Assembly: GCF_000015145.1 (NCBI RefSeq)
Contig: NC_008818.1
Location: 1,620,001-1,652,000, forward strand
DNA length: 32,000 nucleotides
Direction: 5' to 3'
DNA from: Hyperthermus butylicus DSM 5456
GTDB lineage: Archaea; Thermoproteota; Thermoprotei_A; Sulfolobales; Pyrodictiaceae
Of this stretch, positions 18,166 to 27,131 are shown in pieces. Within the stretch, counting starts at the first letter, position 1; the number at the start of each line of letters is the position of its first letter. The translations under genes were made by a program, and so were the position numbers. The notes below the pieces were generated by a model. That model did no database searches. It worked only from the letters and a program-made list of their open reading frames with translations, and was not told where the DNA came from.

Positions 18166-18366
18166 CTAGGCTTGACTCTCGCTGCGCGGTATTAGTCCCG
18201 CAAGCATCTTCATCCTATAGCGATATACTACATACTTGTCCTCGGGGGAGAAGCGTGGCGGATGCGGTACAGCTACGGGGCCCCCACAGACTGGGCAGCG
18301 GTCACGTTGCAGCGTGTACCTGCCACAGACTGTACACTTCCTCATGAGCCACTGCACGGGGTTCAC
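18166..18366 (-). CDS. nop10: H/ACA RNP protein Nop10 (true start probably the internal MRKCTVCGRYT or MKCTVCGRYT)
   Basis: CTVCGRYTLQRDRCPVCGGPVAVPHPPRFSPEDKYVVYRYRMK. Confidence 0.9.
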   Translation of the reverse strand: MNPVQWLMRKCTVCGRYTLQRDRCPVCGGPVAVPHPPRFSPEDKYVVYRYRMKMLAGLIPRSESQA

Positions 18367-18372
18367 CCGGGC

Positions 18373-19176
18373 TTACTGCTTCTCCCTCGTAAAGCTAAAC
18401 TCTACACCCAAGCTCTTAGCAGTCTCCTCACCCTCCTCAAGAGCCTTAGCTAACGCCTTCTCAAGCGTCTTATAGTCGTATGCTTCCAACTCAAGCCTAT
18501 ACCTTGGTGCTCCTACAGTGTATAGTTTAACCTTTATGTCGGGAGACGAGTTCTCAATAGCATCTTTCACTGTTAGCAACACCTTTTTAACTCTCTCAAT
18601 ACCATCGCCAGCCAGACTTCTAACAGTGAGAACGCCAGCTATCTTTACACGCTTAACCTCCACATGCCTCTTAATTTCCTCAAGTAGCGGTTGAACCCAC
18701 TCCTCTGGGACTCCTGCCTCGCGCAACGCTTGCTCGCCGCGAATGACAACCTCCTCAAAGGCTGCCATGAGTTCTCCATAGTAGTCCTCAAGCTTCTTCC
18801 CCACAGCCTCATAGGCCTCCTCGAGGCTCTTACCGAGCTTTTGCGCGACCAGCTCTAGTATCCTCTCAGCTTTCTGAGCTCTTTTCCATTCCATCATCTT
18901 CCTGCGGCGTTCGCTATCGGTTACACGTTTTAGCGAGACGTCAACCTGCTTTTTCCTCTTGTTAACCCTTATAACCTTGACAACTATCTTCTGACCAGGC
19001 TTAACAACATCGTGTATGCTGCGAACCCAACGGGAAGCAACCTCGCTCCATGGCAGGTATGCCTCGAGACCACCGTATTCGTCGAGTGTAAGGTATGCAC
19101 CGTAGTCGTATACCTCCTTTACAGTCGCAACCACGAGTTCTCCCACGTCTGGCAGCTCCTTCCTCTGAATCGGCAC
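18373..19176 (-). CDS. eif2a: Translation initiation factor aIF2 alpha subunit
   Basis: ELPDVGELVVATVKEVYDYGAYLTLDEYGGLEAYLPWSEVASRWVRSIHDVVKPGQKIVVKVIRVNKRKKQVDVSLKRVTDSERRRKMMEWKR. Confidence 0.96.
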   Translation of the reverse strand: MPIQRKELPDVGELVVATVKEVYDYGAYLTLDEYGGLEAYLPWSEVASRWVRSIHDVVKPGQKIVVKVIRVNKRKKQVDVSLKRVTDSERRRKMMEWKRAQKAERILELVAQKLGKSLEEAYEAVGKKLEDYYGELMAAFEEVVIRGEQALREAGVPEEWVQPLLEEIKRHVEVKRVKIAGVLTVRSLAGDGIERVKKVLLTVKDAIENSSPDIKVKLYTVGAPRYRLELEAYDYKTLEKALAKALEEGEETAKSLGVEFSFTREKQ

Positions 19177-19278
19177 CCTGTTTCACCGAGAAAGCTGGAT
19201 AGAGAGCTGGGAGCCCTAAAATATTGGATGCGTATCCGTAGCTGAGACTAAAACCCAGACTAGAGGAGGCGGTAGTAC

Positions 19279-19479
19279 TTAGCCTAGGACACGTACCACC
19301 TGGCCAAGTATCTTAGCCTTACCTCCTGTTGGTTCTACTAGCTGTGCTCCACACACAAGGCATCTCGCTGGGAATGTTGCATGGCTGAATATCACTTGCT
19401 CATTACCGCAAACCGGGCATCTCACTAGGAGGAACCTGCTACGCGGCTGTGGTACTAGTATCTTGAACTTACTGACCAT
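19279..19479 (-). CDS. rps27e: Ribosomal protein S27e
   Basis: [42 protein letters not shown]. Confidence 0.95.
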   Translation of the reverse strand: MVSKFKILVPQPRSRFLLVRCPVCGNEQVIFSHATFPARCLVCGAQLVEPTGGKAKILGQVVRVLG

Positions 19480-19480
19480 G

Positions 19481-19768
19481 CTAGTGCCTCACCTCCACCA
19501 GCTCTACCTTCTTGAGCCTAATACCCCGGCGGTGTAGTATGTAACCACACTTCTGACACTTAAGCTTTAATACTATCTTCTTTGTAACTTTCGCGAAGCG
19601 CTTCTGCTCCGGCTTCCTCTTGCTACCATAACCCTCTTGCTTTCTCCTATACCTCCTCTCGCCCTCAGCTAGGCTACGTCTCTTGCCATGCTTATATACC
19701 GTAACACTGTGCTGTGTATGTGTACGGCATCGGGGACAATACGTTATAATGACCTTTGGCACCTTCAT
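19481..19768 (-). CDS. rpl44e: Ribosomal protein L44e
   Basis: [76 protein letters not shown]. Confidence 0.97.
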   Translation of the reverse strand: MKVPKVIITYCPRCRTHTQHSVTVYKHGKRRSLAEGERRYRRKQEGYGSKRKPEQKRFAKVTKKIVLKLKCQKCGYILHRRGIRLKKVELVEVRH

Positions 19769-19838
19769 GGCCTAGCCGCCTCGTAGACTCCCCTAGCGTG
19801 CCCATCACACCCTAGGCAAAACCCGCCTTAAAACCCTA

Positions 19839-20300
19839 CTATTGCTCCCGAGCCTCCTTCAGCCCTGTCTCTACTAGGCGGGCAAACCCCAGCTCAACCA
19901 GTCCAAGGGCCTTTATTGTTTCTAGGCACGTGTAGTCACCGCGACGGTAAAGCCTGCCCTCAAGCTCTACTGAAGCCTCAAAAATTACCGGTGCACAGTT
20001 TGTTGAACCAAAGTACAGTGCAGAGGCCAAACCTCGGTATGCATTTGCTTTCTCACTACTAAATCCTAGAAGCTTGAGAGCAGCTGCAGCTGTATCGGCT
20101 ACCGCGCTGACGATATTCATGTAGTTCTCGACTATGCTCGGCAGGCTGATAGCTCTCCTATCAAGAAGTGTTGAAGATATACCTTCATGCAACGCTTCTA
20201 CTATGGCTGAGGCAAGTTTTCCATCACGTCTATCAATTAGATCTCCTAGGAGCCTCACAGCACGCTGTAGCATGTACTCCTCCGCCATCGTACTATTCAC
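19839..20300 (-). CDS. Hypothetical protein between L44e and priS
   Basis: 153-aa ORF in a tight co-directional gene run; alanine-rich helical protein with no recognised motif. Confidence 0.6.
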   Translation of the reverse strand: MNSTMAEEYMLQRAVRLLGDLIDRRDGKLASAIVEALHEGISSTLLDRRAISLPSIVENYMNIVSAVADTAAAALKLLGFSSEKANAYRGLASALYFGSTNCAPVIFEASVELEGRLYRRGDYTCLETIKALGLVELGFARLVETGLKEAREQ

Positions 20301-20314
20301 CTCCCTCTGCCAGC

Positions 20315-21457
20315 CTACTGGGCTAGGACTGCCACACCCTTAGCCATTAAGTATACAGCTACTGGGGCAGGAAGGCGGGGGCTATCACCCTCGCGTAGCT
20401 TCAGTCTATTACCCAATATGGTCACCGAGCTAGGGAGACTCGTAACAACACGTATCCTCACTGGGGGCTCGCGTGCAAAGGGTGAAAGCGTCTCATCTAC
20501 TACGAACTCGTCTAGCTCATCAACAGTAACTGGTTTTACTAGGAGACCCGTCTTGCCGTTTATGCTGTAGGGTACACGTATAAGCCGCTTAACATCAACG
20601 GAAACTTGCTCGTCAATCTCGACACCTATGAGCTGGCGAGCCTTATCCTCGTATTCTCTAAGTTCCTCACTATAAGTTGTAGAGGGACCCTCCACAGCCT
20701 TTACAATATCTATAGCGCCGTCGCGGAGTGCTAGGCGTCGTATAATCCTTGCAACCCTACCCCTCGCACCCGCAAGCTGAACGTTTGGCGGTATGGGTAT
20801 AGGCTTCCCCCTCCTCACCTGCAGCATTGTCCATGGCTCAAGTACGTCGGCACGGAGACCGAGAGCCTTAACATAGTTTACTATTTCACGCCTAACATCT
20901 GATCCCGCCTTTGCATAATCATCGAAGTCGTCAAGGTATACTGTTACGTGGAACCCTCTATGCCCCGAAAACTCTATAGCTATGCGGGACTTGTCAAAGC
21001 CCAACTCGTAGACAAGTATGTCGTACAATATTTGTGCTCTGAGAGCAGCAGCCCTCATGCATAATGCCTCTTCTATAAAGCTAGTCTTCCCCTCAATACC
21101 ACCGTCAACCTCTACTATGCTGCCACTACATTCCGGCAAATGATCTGCGTCAATATCAAATGTTAGGTCAGCCGAGCGCCACCCCTTAGCATCCATGTCG
21201 TCTGCGCCAGGCTGGTCGTAGCGTGCTGAGGAATAGTAGAAGTGCCGTGGCGCTTTCTCGACTAGTAGCCTATGTACAGCCTCTGTACTCGCGAATGAGA
21301 GGTGCCGTAGATAGCTCTTACCTGTCCAGGTCTGGAGAGCAAACTCGCGTAGGCTAAAGTCTCCGGGTAGTTTGACACGCGCCCTCTCATAGTACTTGCG
21401 GGTTAGGTGTTCTAGGAACCTGCGTGTCCTCATTACGGGATCCTGGCTTCGCGGCAT
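20315..21457 (-). CDS. priS: DNA primase small (catalytic) subunit
   Basis: HFYYSSARYDQPGADDMDAKGWRSADLTFDIDADHLPEC and IEFSGHRGFHVTVYLDD. Confidence 0.96.
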   Translation of the reverse strand: MPRSQDPVMRTRRFLEHLTRKYYERARVKLPGDFSLREFALQTWTGKSYLRHLSFASTEAVHRLLVEKAPRHFYYSSARYDQPGADDMDAKGWRSADLTFDIDADHLPECSGSIVEVDGGIEGKTSFIEEALCMRAAALRAQILYDILVYELGFDKSRIAIEFSGHRGFHVTVYLDDFDDYAKAGSDVRREIVNYVKALGLRADVLEPWTMLQVRRGKPIPIPPNVQLAGARGRVARIIRRLALRDGAIDIVKAVEGPSTTYSEELREYEDKARQLIGVEIDEQVSVDVKRLIRVPYSINGKTGLLVKPVTVDELDEFVVDETLSPFAREPPVRIRVVTSLPSSVTILGNRLKLREGDSPRLPAPVAVYLMAKGVAVLAQ

Positions 21458-21460
21458 GCG

Positions 21461-22201
21461 CTAGTCTACCCTCGGTGCTATGAGGAAGCTGAATTTTGCC
21501 CCTTGCTGGAGTTCATGCTCTATGAGAGCGGGCATGTCGCTGCTAAACTTTATCGTTATAGTGTCTGCAACCCTAGCAGCACCGGATAGATCGCTGAAGT
21601 ATTCGAGCGTATAGCTGGCCTGCTGCGTATCCTCAACCTCCATCTCTATGATGCTACCGCTCTCCCGCGTATAGATTATTTCAGCCTCACCAATATCACT
21701 TGAAGAGACTACCTTAAACTCGTCCTGGGATGCTATGAACCTTATAACATCGCCTATAAGCTCAACATCCTTTATCGCATCGCGATACACGTCACTCATA
21801 ACTTTCACTATCGCCTTGAACTCTAGCTGTGGCTCGGGAAGCTCCTCAGCAGTAATATCGAGGAGCGGCAATGTAAACTTCCTATACCCCTTACCTATGA
21901 ACGCGAACGAGACCGTATTGCCATCAGAAGTTATCTCAAGCTTGTCCTCCTTCGAGGCTCTACGTAGAACCTTAGCTACATCCTCAAAGTTTACTCCCAG
22001 CTCAACCTTAGAGTCTACCTCGAATACCTCGAAGGAGTCTCGTGGAAATCTCATATTCAACATTATGACATGTGATGGGTCCATTGCACGGAAGAGGAAA
22101 CCCTCCTCGGGATCTACAACGAATACCCCCTCCTCTATAACCTTCGATATAGCTGACACTATGTACCTCCAAATCCTCGCATCAAAGAATACAAGCTTCA
22201 A
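21461..22201 (-). CDS. pcn: DNA polymerase sliding clamp (PCNA)
   Basis: KLVFFDARIWRYIVSAISKVIEEGVFVVDPEEGFLFRAMDPSHVIMLNMRFPRDSFEVFE...; C-term FSFLIAPRVD. Confidence 0.95.
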   Translation of the reverse strand: MKLVFFDARIWRYIVSAISKVIEEGVFVVDPEEGFLFRAMDPSHVIMLNMRFPRDSFEVFEVDSKVELGVNFEDVAKVLRRASKEDKLEITSDGNTVSFAFIGKGYRKFTLPLLDITAEELPEPQLEFKAIVKVMSDVYRDAIKDVELIGDVIRFIASQDEFKVVSSSDIGEAEIIYTRESGSIIEMEVEDTQQASYTLEYFSDLSGAARVADTITIKFSSDMPALIEHELQQGAKFSFLIAPRVD

Positions 22202-22217
22202 TCCCTATCTACCTCCC

Positions 22218-22493
22218 CTACCTTTCTTCTACACCCGCTACGTTATGTACTTGTTTGAGAGGCCGATTAGAGCCTGGCCCCACCTCACCCTCCACACGGG
22301 CTCTCTTGCACTCTCTAACCAGCGCGTAGGCTTGGGCTAGGCCTGCTTCGGCCAACCGTAGTGCTCGCTCTATGTGGGGCCTAGAGGATATCACTGGTGG
22401 TGTACGGTTGTAGGCCTCGAAAACATCCTCGTATAGCTTGCGTAAGAGCCTATAGAAGAATTCGTAGTGTATGCACACGTTGCTGCTAGTCAT
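22218..22493 (-). CDS. Hypothetical protein between tfs and pcn
   Basis: 91-aa ORF overlapping the end of tfs by 8 nt and located 16 nt upstream of pcn. Confidence 0.5.
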   Translation of the reverse strand: MTSSNVCIHYEFFYRLLRKLYEDVFEAYNRTPPVISSRPHIERALRLAEAGLAQAYALVRECKRARVEGEVGPGSNRPLKQVHNVAGVEER

Positions 22494-22830
22494 ACTCCCT
22501 CCACACGTAGCCGCAGCTTACGCATTTGAAGAACCTTGTGGGTGGCTCGTCAGCACGACGGGTCTGCACAACCCAGACATACGCCTCGTGGTAGCCACAC
22601 CGTGGGCATACCGCCTTTGTCTTAGGCATTGCCTTCCAGTTTACATTGGGGTCTACAACTACTATCCTCTCCTTCTCACTATGCTTTATCTCCTTGCGCA
22701 GTACCGCAAGCTGCGCCTCACTAGCCTGGCTAAGCTCTTCAGTATAGCCGCAGCTCGGACAAACCCAGACGGTACGGTCGTTAGTCCTCCTCAGCGTCAT
22801 TAGCGAACCACAGCGCGGGCAGAACTTCAC
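22486..22830 (-). CDS. tfs: Transcription factor S (TFIIS/RPB9-like)
   Basis: MKFCPRCGSLMTLRRTNDRTVWVCPSCGY and C-terminal CPRCGYHEAYVWVVQTRRADEPPTRFFKCVSCGYVWREYD. Confidence 0.96.
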   Translation of the reverse strand: MKFCPRCGSLMTLRRTNDRTVWVCPSCGYTEELSQASEAQLAVLRKEIKHSEKERIVVVDPNVNWKAMPKTKAVCPRCGYHEAYVWVVQTRRADEPPTRFFKCVSCGYVWREYD

Positions 22831-22905
22831 GGCACACTACACCCCGCTACGCTGTTTTGACCGGTCTGTAGCTAGCCGGAGAAACTGGGCACTTTTGAGC
22901 TAAGC

Positions 22906-23238
22906 TTATGAGTTTTGTTCGCTAGCGTGTGCTAGTAATAGGCTCACACCCCTACATAAATCGTTTACAAACACGTAGAAACAATCCATGCAGCGCCCAA
23001 GGTAGTCTTCGAGTTTCTCAACAGATCTCAAGCCTAGAGCTTGAGCAAGCTCTTGCGGCCATACAATTCTAACCTCATATATGAATGTTGAAGATCTAAT
23101 AGCTCGCAGTAACTCGTCAAGCCTCTCCGAGAAGAATAATGCTTCAACACGCGTGGAGCCTCTAAACACTAAAGCTATGTGGCCAATATCCCCACAGCTG
23201 TGGAAAAGTAGAAGTCTCGATTCAGGCTTTAACTTCAC
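22906..23238 (-). CDS. Hypothetical protein following rpo11; start probably the GTG at 23238 (ORF open to 23292)
   Basis: VKLKPESRLLLFHSCGDIGHIALVFRGSTRVEALFFSERLDELLRAIRSS... With the GTG start the overlap with rpo11 falls from 71 to 17 nt. Confidence 0.55.
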   Translation of the reverse strand: MKLKPESRLLLFHSCGDIGHIALVFRGSTRVEALFFSERLDELLRAIRSSTFIYEVRIVWPQELAQALGLRSVEKLEDYLGRCMDCFYVFVNDLCRGVSLLLAHASEQNS

Positions 23239-23539
23239 ACTTTTCACCGCTTTCAAGGGCCCGGTCAAACTCTTCGATGAACTTCTTTGCATCAGTTATT
23301 ATGTCCTTGAGAACCTCCTCCAGTACATCTAGCGGATCGCGGCTCCCATCCGTACTTAGCACGATCACAGGGTTTGAAACTAGGGGGTGCGATATTATGT
23401 AGGAGGCGTAGACTACGCCGGGCTTGCGTATTGCATACTTTGCTATTAGGTTGGCTATTGTTTGGTCCTCACCCTCCAGCTCAACCTCTATAGTGTTGGC
23501 TTCTCGTTTTAGTAGCTTAACCCTGCCAGCCTGCGGCAT
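23222..23539 (-). CDS. rpo11: DNA-directed RNA polymerase subunit Rpo11 (RpoL)
   Basis: VKLLKREANTIEVELEGEDQTIANLIAKYAIRKPGVVYASYIISHPLVSNPVIVLSTDG. Confidence 0.92.
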   Translation of the reverse strand: MPQAGRVKLLKREANTIEVELEGEDQTIANLIAKYAIRKPGVVYASYIISHPLVSNPVIVLSTDGSRDPLDVLEEVLKDIITDAKKFIEEFDRALESGEKCEVKA

Positions 23540-23545
23540 GGCCTG

Positions 23546-24196
23546 CTACTCACCTAGCTGGTCTAGTGGAGCCTCAGCCCCCTTAAGAAGTACCGCTATC
23601 TTACGTAGCCCGCGGCGCCATTCCTCCCGGAGTTCGATACCCTCCTCTGTTTCTTCGAGTACACGGCTGCGAAGCCCATACTCTATAACCTTTTCAGCGG
23701 GTTCTTGCAGGCCTGCTGCTAGTGCTGCTATCATCCTCTTAGCTGCCGTACCTTTAACCCTAAACCTAAGCTCGTCAATGACCTCCGCTATGGTTCTAGC
23801 AACTTCTACAACAACATCTAGCGGCGCATTAGTTGTTATTCTTGACTTGTCGTCGCTGAGTTCAGCCTTGTAGCCGCGTAGCCTTAACGCATATACTAGT
23901 GACTCTGGCGGAAATGTGCGACCAACTTCTCTCACAAGGGCCTCTATGCTGGCCTCCATGCCCTTTGAGAGTCGATATAGCTCCCAAAGCTCGGAGACTG
24001 CTTGACGTACACGATACCATGTGTCCTTGATCTCGTACTCGGTACCGACCACTTCAAGGAATAGCTTGTTTCCTTGGATACTGATTTCTGCATAGCCTGC
24101 CTTGAAAGCTGACGAGACTTTCTCGTAGATCTTCTCCAGGGGGATTCCCGGCGGCAGGTTTATCGTGTAAAGCTTCCTCTTTATAACCCTTGGCAA
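23546..24196 (-). CDS. DUF2067 family archaeal protein
   Basis: 216-aa protein RKLYTINLPPGIPLEKIYEKVSSAFKAGYAEISIQGNKLFLEVVGTEYEIKDTWYRVRQAV located between rpo11 and csl4, as in other crenarchaea. Confidence 0.7.
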   Translation of the reverse strand: MPRVIKRKLYTINLPPGIPLEKIYEKVSSAFKAGYAEISIQGNKLFLEVVGTEYEIKDTWYRVRQAVSELWELYRLSKGMEASIEALVREVGRTFPPESLVYALRLRGYKAELSDDKSRITTNAPLDVVVEVARTIAEVIDELRFRVKGTAAKRMIAALAAGLQEPAEKVIEYGLRSRVLEETEEGIELREEWRRGLRKIAVLLKGAEAPLDQLGE

Positions 24197-24222
24197 GCCA
24201 AGCTACACCCCCTAGGCCCCTC

Positions 24223-24828
24223 CTACCTCTTACGTCTAACAGTTAGCACGTAGAGGGGTGAGACCTTCCTCTGCTCTTCATTGCCGCAACGTAGGCATAC
24301 GAGCTTGTTTGACCCTGGTACACGGTGTAGGGGTGCTCCGCAAACCGAGCAGAACGCCATTATGACACCATCCTGCGGCCTCTTTATGGAGAGTACGTAG
24401 ACCGGTGCTGGGGATAGGCTTGTCGCTCTGAGAATGTCACCTGGCTTTACATAGTCGTATATGCTTCTTTGCTGCGGCGAATCACTAGCCTGTAGTATGT
24501 GGAGTATGCCGGTGAAACTACCGTTGTAGGGTACTAGCCTCTCATCAGCAAATATTTTTACAAGCATTAGTTCCTCGCGTGGTGCGCCAATAGCTACACC
24601 GTACACAACACTATTCCTCCTAGGTAGCCTAGGCTTACCGGTTACCGGCTTGACACTTATGCGGCGGTTAGCAAAGTCTATCTCGACCTGGCCGAACCTT
24701 GCAGCCCTTATAACGCCATCATCGACGTAGACACCGTCACCAGGCAGAAACTCTTCAATAGTGCATAGCGGCTCGCCGGGGAAGACCCTGCGTCCCCTAA
24801 GCTCCGCTATTGGTGCCAAAGCAGTCAT
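24223..24828 (-). CDS. csl4: Exosome complex RNA-binding protein Csl4
   Basis: VFPGEPLCTIEEFLPGDGVYVDDGVIRAARFG, YVKPGDILRATSLSP, C-terminal zinc ribbon CSVCGAPLHRVPGSNKLVCLRCGNEE. Confidence 0.92.
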   Translation of the reverse strand: MTALAPIAELRGRRVFPGEPLCTIEEFLPGDGVYVDDGVIRAARFGQVEIDFANRRISVKPVTGKPRLPRRNSVVYGVAIGAPREELMLVKIFADERLVPYNGSFTGILHILQASDSPQQRSIYDYVKPGDILRATSLSPAPVYVLSIKRPQDGVIMAFCSVCGAPLHRVPGSNKLVCLRCGNEEQRKVSPLYVLTVRRKR

Positions 24829-24916
24829 CCCGGCAACTTACCTCCTCCTAGCCACCATTTGCTCTTACTGATGCGAGTATAATAACCGGTACACGGTGCA
24901 CCTTCTTGACATGCGT

Positions 24917-25441
24917 TTAATAGGTAGCACGGATGGGGAAGACGTGATGCTCAACAACCACGATTCTATAACCTAGCTCTTTAAGCCTAGCCTCAAGGAA
25001 TCCTAATGCACCCTCAACATCCTTGTGTATCGAAACTATAAGCTCGGCGCCAAGCATTGATGCTGTACGTAGAAACTCTACATCAGCCCCCTTACGATGT
25101 ACCCCGAAGGGTGGATTCTGGAGCACACAGTAACTAGCCCTTCGGAGAGGAAGGTGCCTCGCATACGCCTGGACAAAGTCTACTAGGAGCACCCCATAGA
25201 GCTGAGAGTGGACAGTCTCCACTAGCTGTCGTTCATCAATATCGATGCCTATGCTATAGGAGCCTAGAATTAGTGAAGAGGCAAAAGCTATCATACCAGT
25301 TCCAGTGCCCAGGTCAACCACAATTCCACAACCCTGAGCCATTATTGCCATTCTAGCTGCTAGTTCGGGCGGAGTCCTATATTGTTCGAGCTCGCGTTTA
25401 GGCCGCGTAAATTCTGGCACATATCTCTCTAGGGTAATCAC
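24917..25441 (-). CDS. METTL5-like N6-adenine methyltransferase
   Basis: LEQYRTPPELAARMAIMA, VDLGTGTGMIAFASSLLG-type SAM motif (DLGTGTGMIAF), catalytic NPPFGVHRKGADVEFL. Confidence 0.87.
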   Translation of the reverse strand: MITLERYVPEFTRPKRELEQYRTPPELAARMAIMAQGCGIVVDLGTGTGMIAFASSLILGSYSIGIDIDERQLVETVHSQLYGVLLVDFVQAYARHLPLRRASYCVLQNPPFGVHRKGADVEFLRTASMLGAELIVSIHKDVEGALGFLEARLKELGYRIVVVEHHVFPIRATY

Positions 25442-25484
25442 TATCCTTGAGAGTCTTGGTAGCTCCTTAATGCTACCTCACCCT

Positions 25485-26522
25485 CTACCAGGGGAAACGG
25501 TACCTCTCCAGCCTACCCGTGATAGCTACAAACGCTTCTCCCGGCGTTAGTACGGGCTTCCAGTAGTCACCAAGATCCTCTATTGCAAGCCTGGGACAAG
25601 ACGTTACTATGAAGGCATCGTAGTCGTCTGGCGAGAGATTGTCAAGGTATTCCCTGCTAAGCCTCTCACTGTATAGCAGCCTATAGCTTTTGCCAGCTCT
25701 TCGGAGGAGCTTCGTGACTGCCTCAACGACGCCAGGCCTATACTGGCCGGGAAGCAAGCCTACTATTACCCCAAACCTATCTGCACTCATCGCTTGTCTT
25801 ATCACCCAGTATCGTTTTGCAAGCCAGCGCCTCGCAGTACCCGTTACATTCTCCACAGTCCCGGTATATGGATCGGCACGGTAGACAGGCTTTGAAGCCT
25901 CTAGGGCCAGTGCTAAACCTATGGCGTGGAAGTAGCCACCGGCAATAACAACATAGGCGTCCGCATTGCTCCTCACTAGTGGCTGGTAGTAGCAGCCGAG
26001 AATCCTAGCTGCCGCCTTAACCTTGACCCCCCACTTCGCTAGGAGCTCTGCAACACGTATACCGAGCCTCTTGTGCTGGGCTGGGAAGCCTATGGCTAGC
26101 GTTGGGGCTTTTACGGTTTCGACGATCCGCGTTGCAAGACTGGAGAAGTCAGCACCAACATACTCACCCTCAACATAGAATACTCTTGGCGGTGTGGTGT
26201 AGAGGCATCGGCTACCCATACAGAGGGGGTAGGGGTACTCGTCGTGGCCTATGTGTACTATGGCGTCCACAAATCCTTGACTGAGGAGTTGTAACGATGT
26301 GCTACAAGACCCGTAAACTGGCTCGAGGCGGATGATTACCTCGATGTCCTCCCCTAAACATTCAGCTATGATGCTGGAGAGTTTTTCGGAGAGGTGCAAC
26401 ATGCCAGGAGGTGCTTCGAGGAGAAGCCTCTTGTAGCCATACCTCCGGACATGCTCTATGAGTTTGGAAAAATCGAAGAGATAACCATCAACTATTCTTA
26501 CACAGTCAGAGCTTCTGCTCAC
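25485..26522 (-). CDS. dph2: Diphthamide biosynthesis protein Dph2 (radical SAM-like)
   Basis: LLEAPPGMLHLSEKLSSIIAE, EPVYGSCSTSLQLL, VHIGHDEYP, VIVGLLPGQYRPG, FIVTSCPRLAIEDLGDYWKPVLTPGE. Confidence 0.92.
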   Translation of the reverse strand: MSRSSDCVRIVDGYLFDFSKLIEHVRRYGYKRLLLEAPPGMLHLSEKLSSIIAECLGEDIEVIIRLEPVYGSCSTSLQLLSQGFVDAIVHIGHDEYPYPLCMGSRCLYTTPPRVFYVEGEYVGADFSSLATRIVETVKAPTLAIGFPAQHKRLGIRVAELLAKWGVKVKAAARILGCYYQPLVRSNADAYVVIAGGYFHAIGLALALEASKPVYRADPYTGTVENVTGTARRWLAKRYWVIRQAMSADRFGVIVGLLPGQYRPGVVEAVTKLLRRAGKSYRLLYSERLSREYLDNLSPDDYDAFIVTSCPRLAIEDLGDYWKPVLTPGEAFVAITGRLERYRFPW

Positions 26523-26524
26523 TG

Positions 26525-27067
26525 TTATGCAGCCGCCTTAGCCTCCTCCTTTAACGGTATGACACGGATACGGGATGGTAGTGGAAGCTTTGAGGCGCCA
26601 CGCCTTAGTGCCTCCTTTGCATGGTCTAAGTGTTCCTTCTTGACCCGCACCTCTAGCACAGCCTGGCCGGGATAGACTCTTGCAGCTGTGCCAACAGGCT
26701 TGCCAAAGGCCTGCCTCATACCCTCCTGTAGACGGTCAGCACCAGCGAACGCCATCATCTTGTTCTCGCGCAACACATGGTGGGGGTACACCCTGACCCT
26801 GAAGAAGTAGTTCTGGTCGCCAATCGTTGTTGAGAGATACTTGTGCACAGCTACACGTGCCGCCTCCAGCGCGTTATGCCTTATCTGACCGCGTTCGGTG
26901 ACATAGACTTCTACTATATAGTCATAGTCGCCATGCGGATTGCCCATGACGAACTTCTGTATTTTTGGCGGTGGCACACCATGTATATACTCCTTTCTAG
27001 TGTATGGAGGCCCTGAGAATGCCTTCGACCTTCTCTTGGTGTAGCAGCGTGCTGGCTTCTGCGGCAT
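26525..27067 (-). CDS. rpl10e: Ribosomal protein L10e (L16 family)
   Basis: [43 protein letters not shown]. Confidence 0.96.
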   Translation of the reverse strand: MPQKPARCYTKRRSKAFSGPPYTRKEYIHGVPPPKIQKFVMGNPHGDYDYIVEVYVTERGQIRHNALEAARVAVHKYLSTTIGDQNYFFRVRVYPHHVLRENKMMAFAGADRLQEGMRQAFGKPVGTAARVYPGQAVLEVRVKKEHLDHAKEALRRGASKLPLPSRIRVIPLKEEAKAAA

Positions 27068-27131
27068 AGGCTACGCCACCCCATGAGAGCCGTTTGTGTA
27101 TCCTGGTAGGGTTAAATGCTATACGCGCCCC

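Noticed and set aside
21735-22340. 201-aa + ORF opposite pcn
   Set aside because: Ser-rich antisense translation over a clearly identified PCNA gene; typical spurious ORF in GC-rich DNA.
23424-23873. 149-aa + ORF opposite rpo11/DUF2067
   Set aside because: Almost entirely Ser/Leu/Ala repeats from antisense translation; no support.
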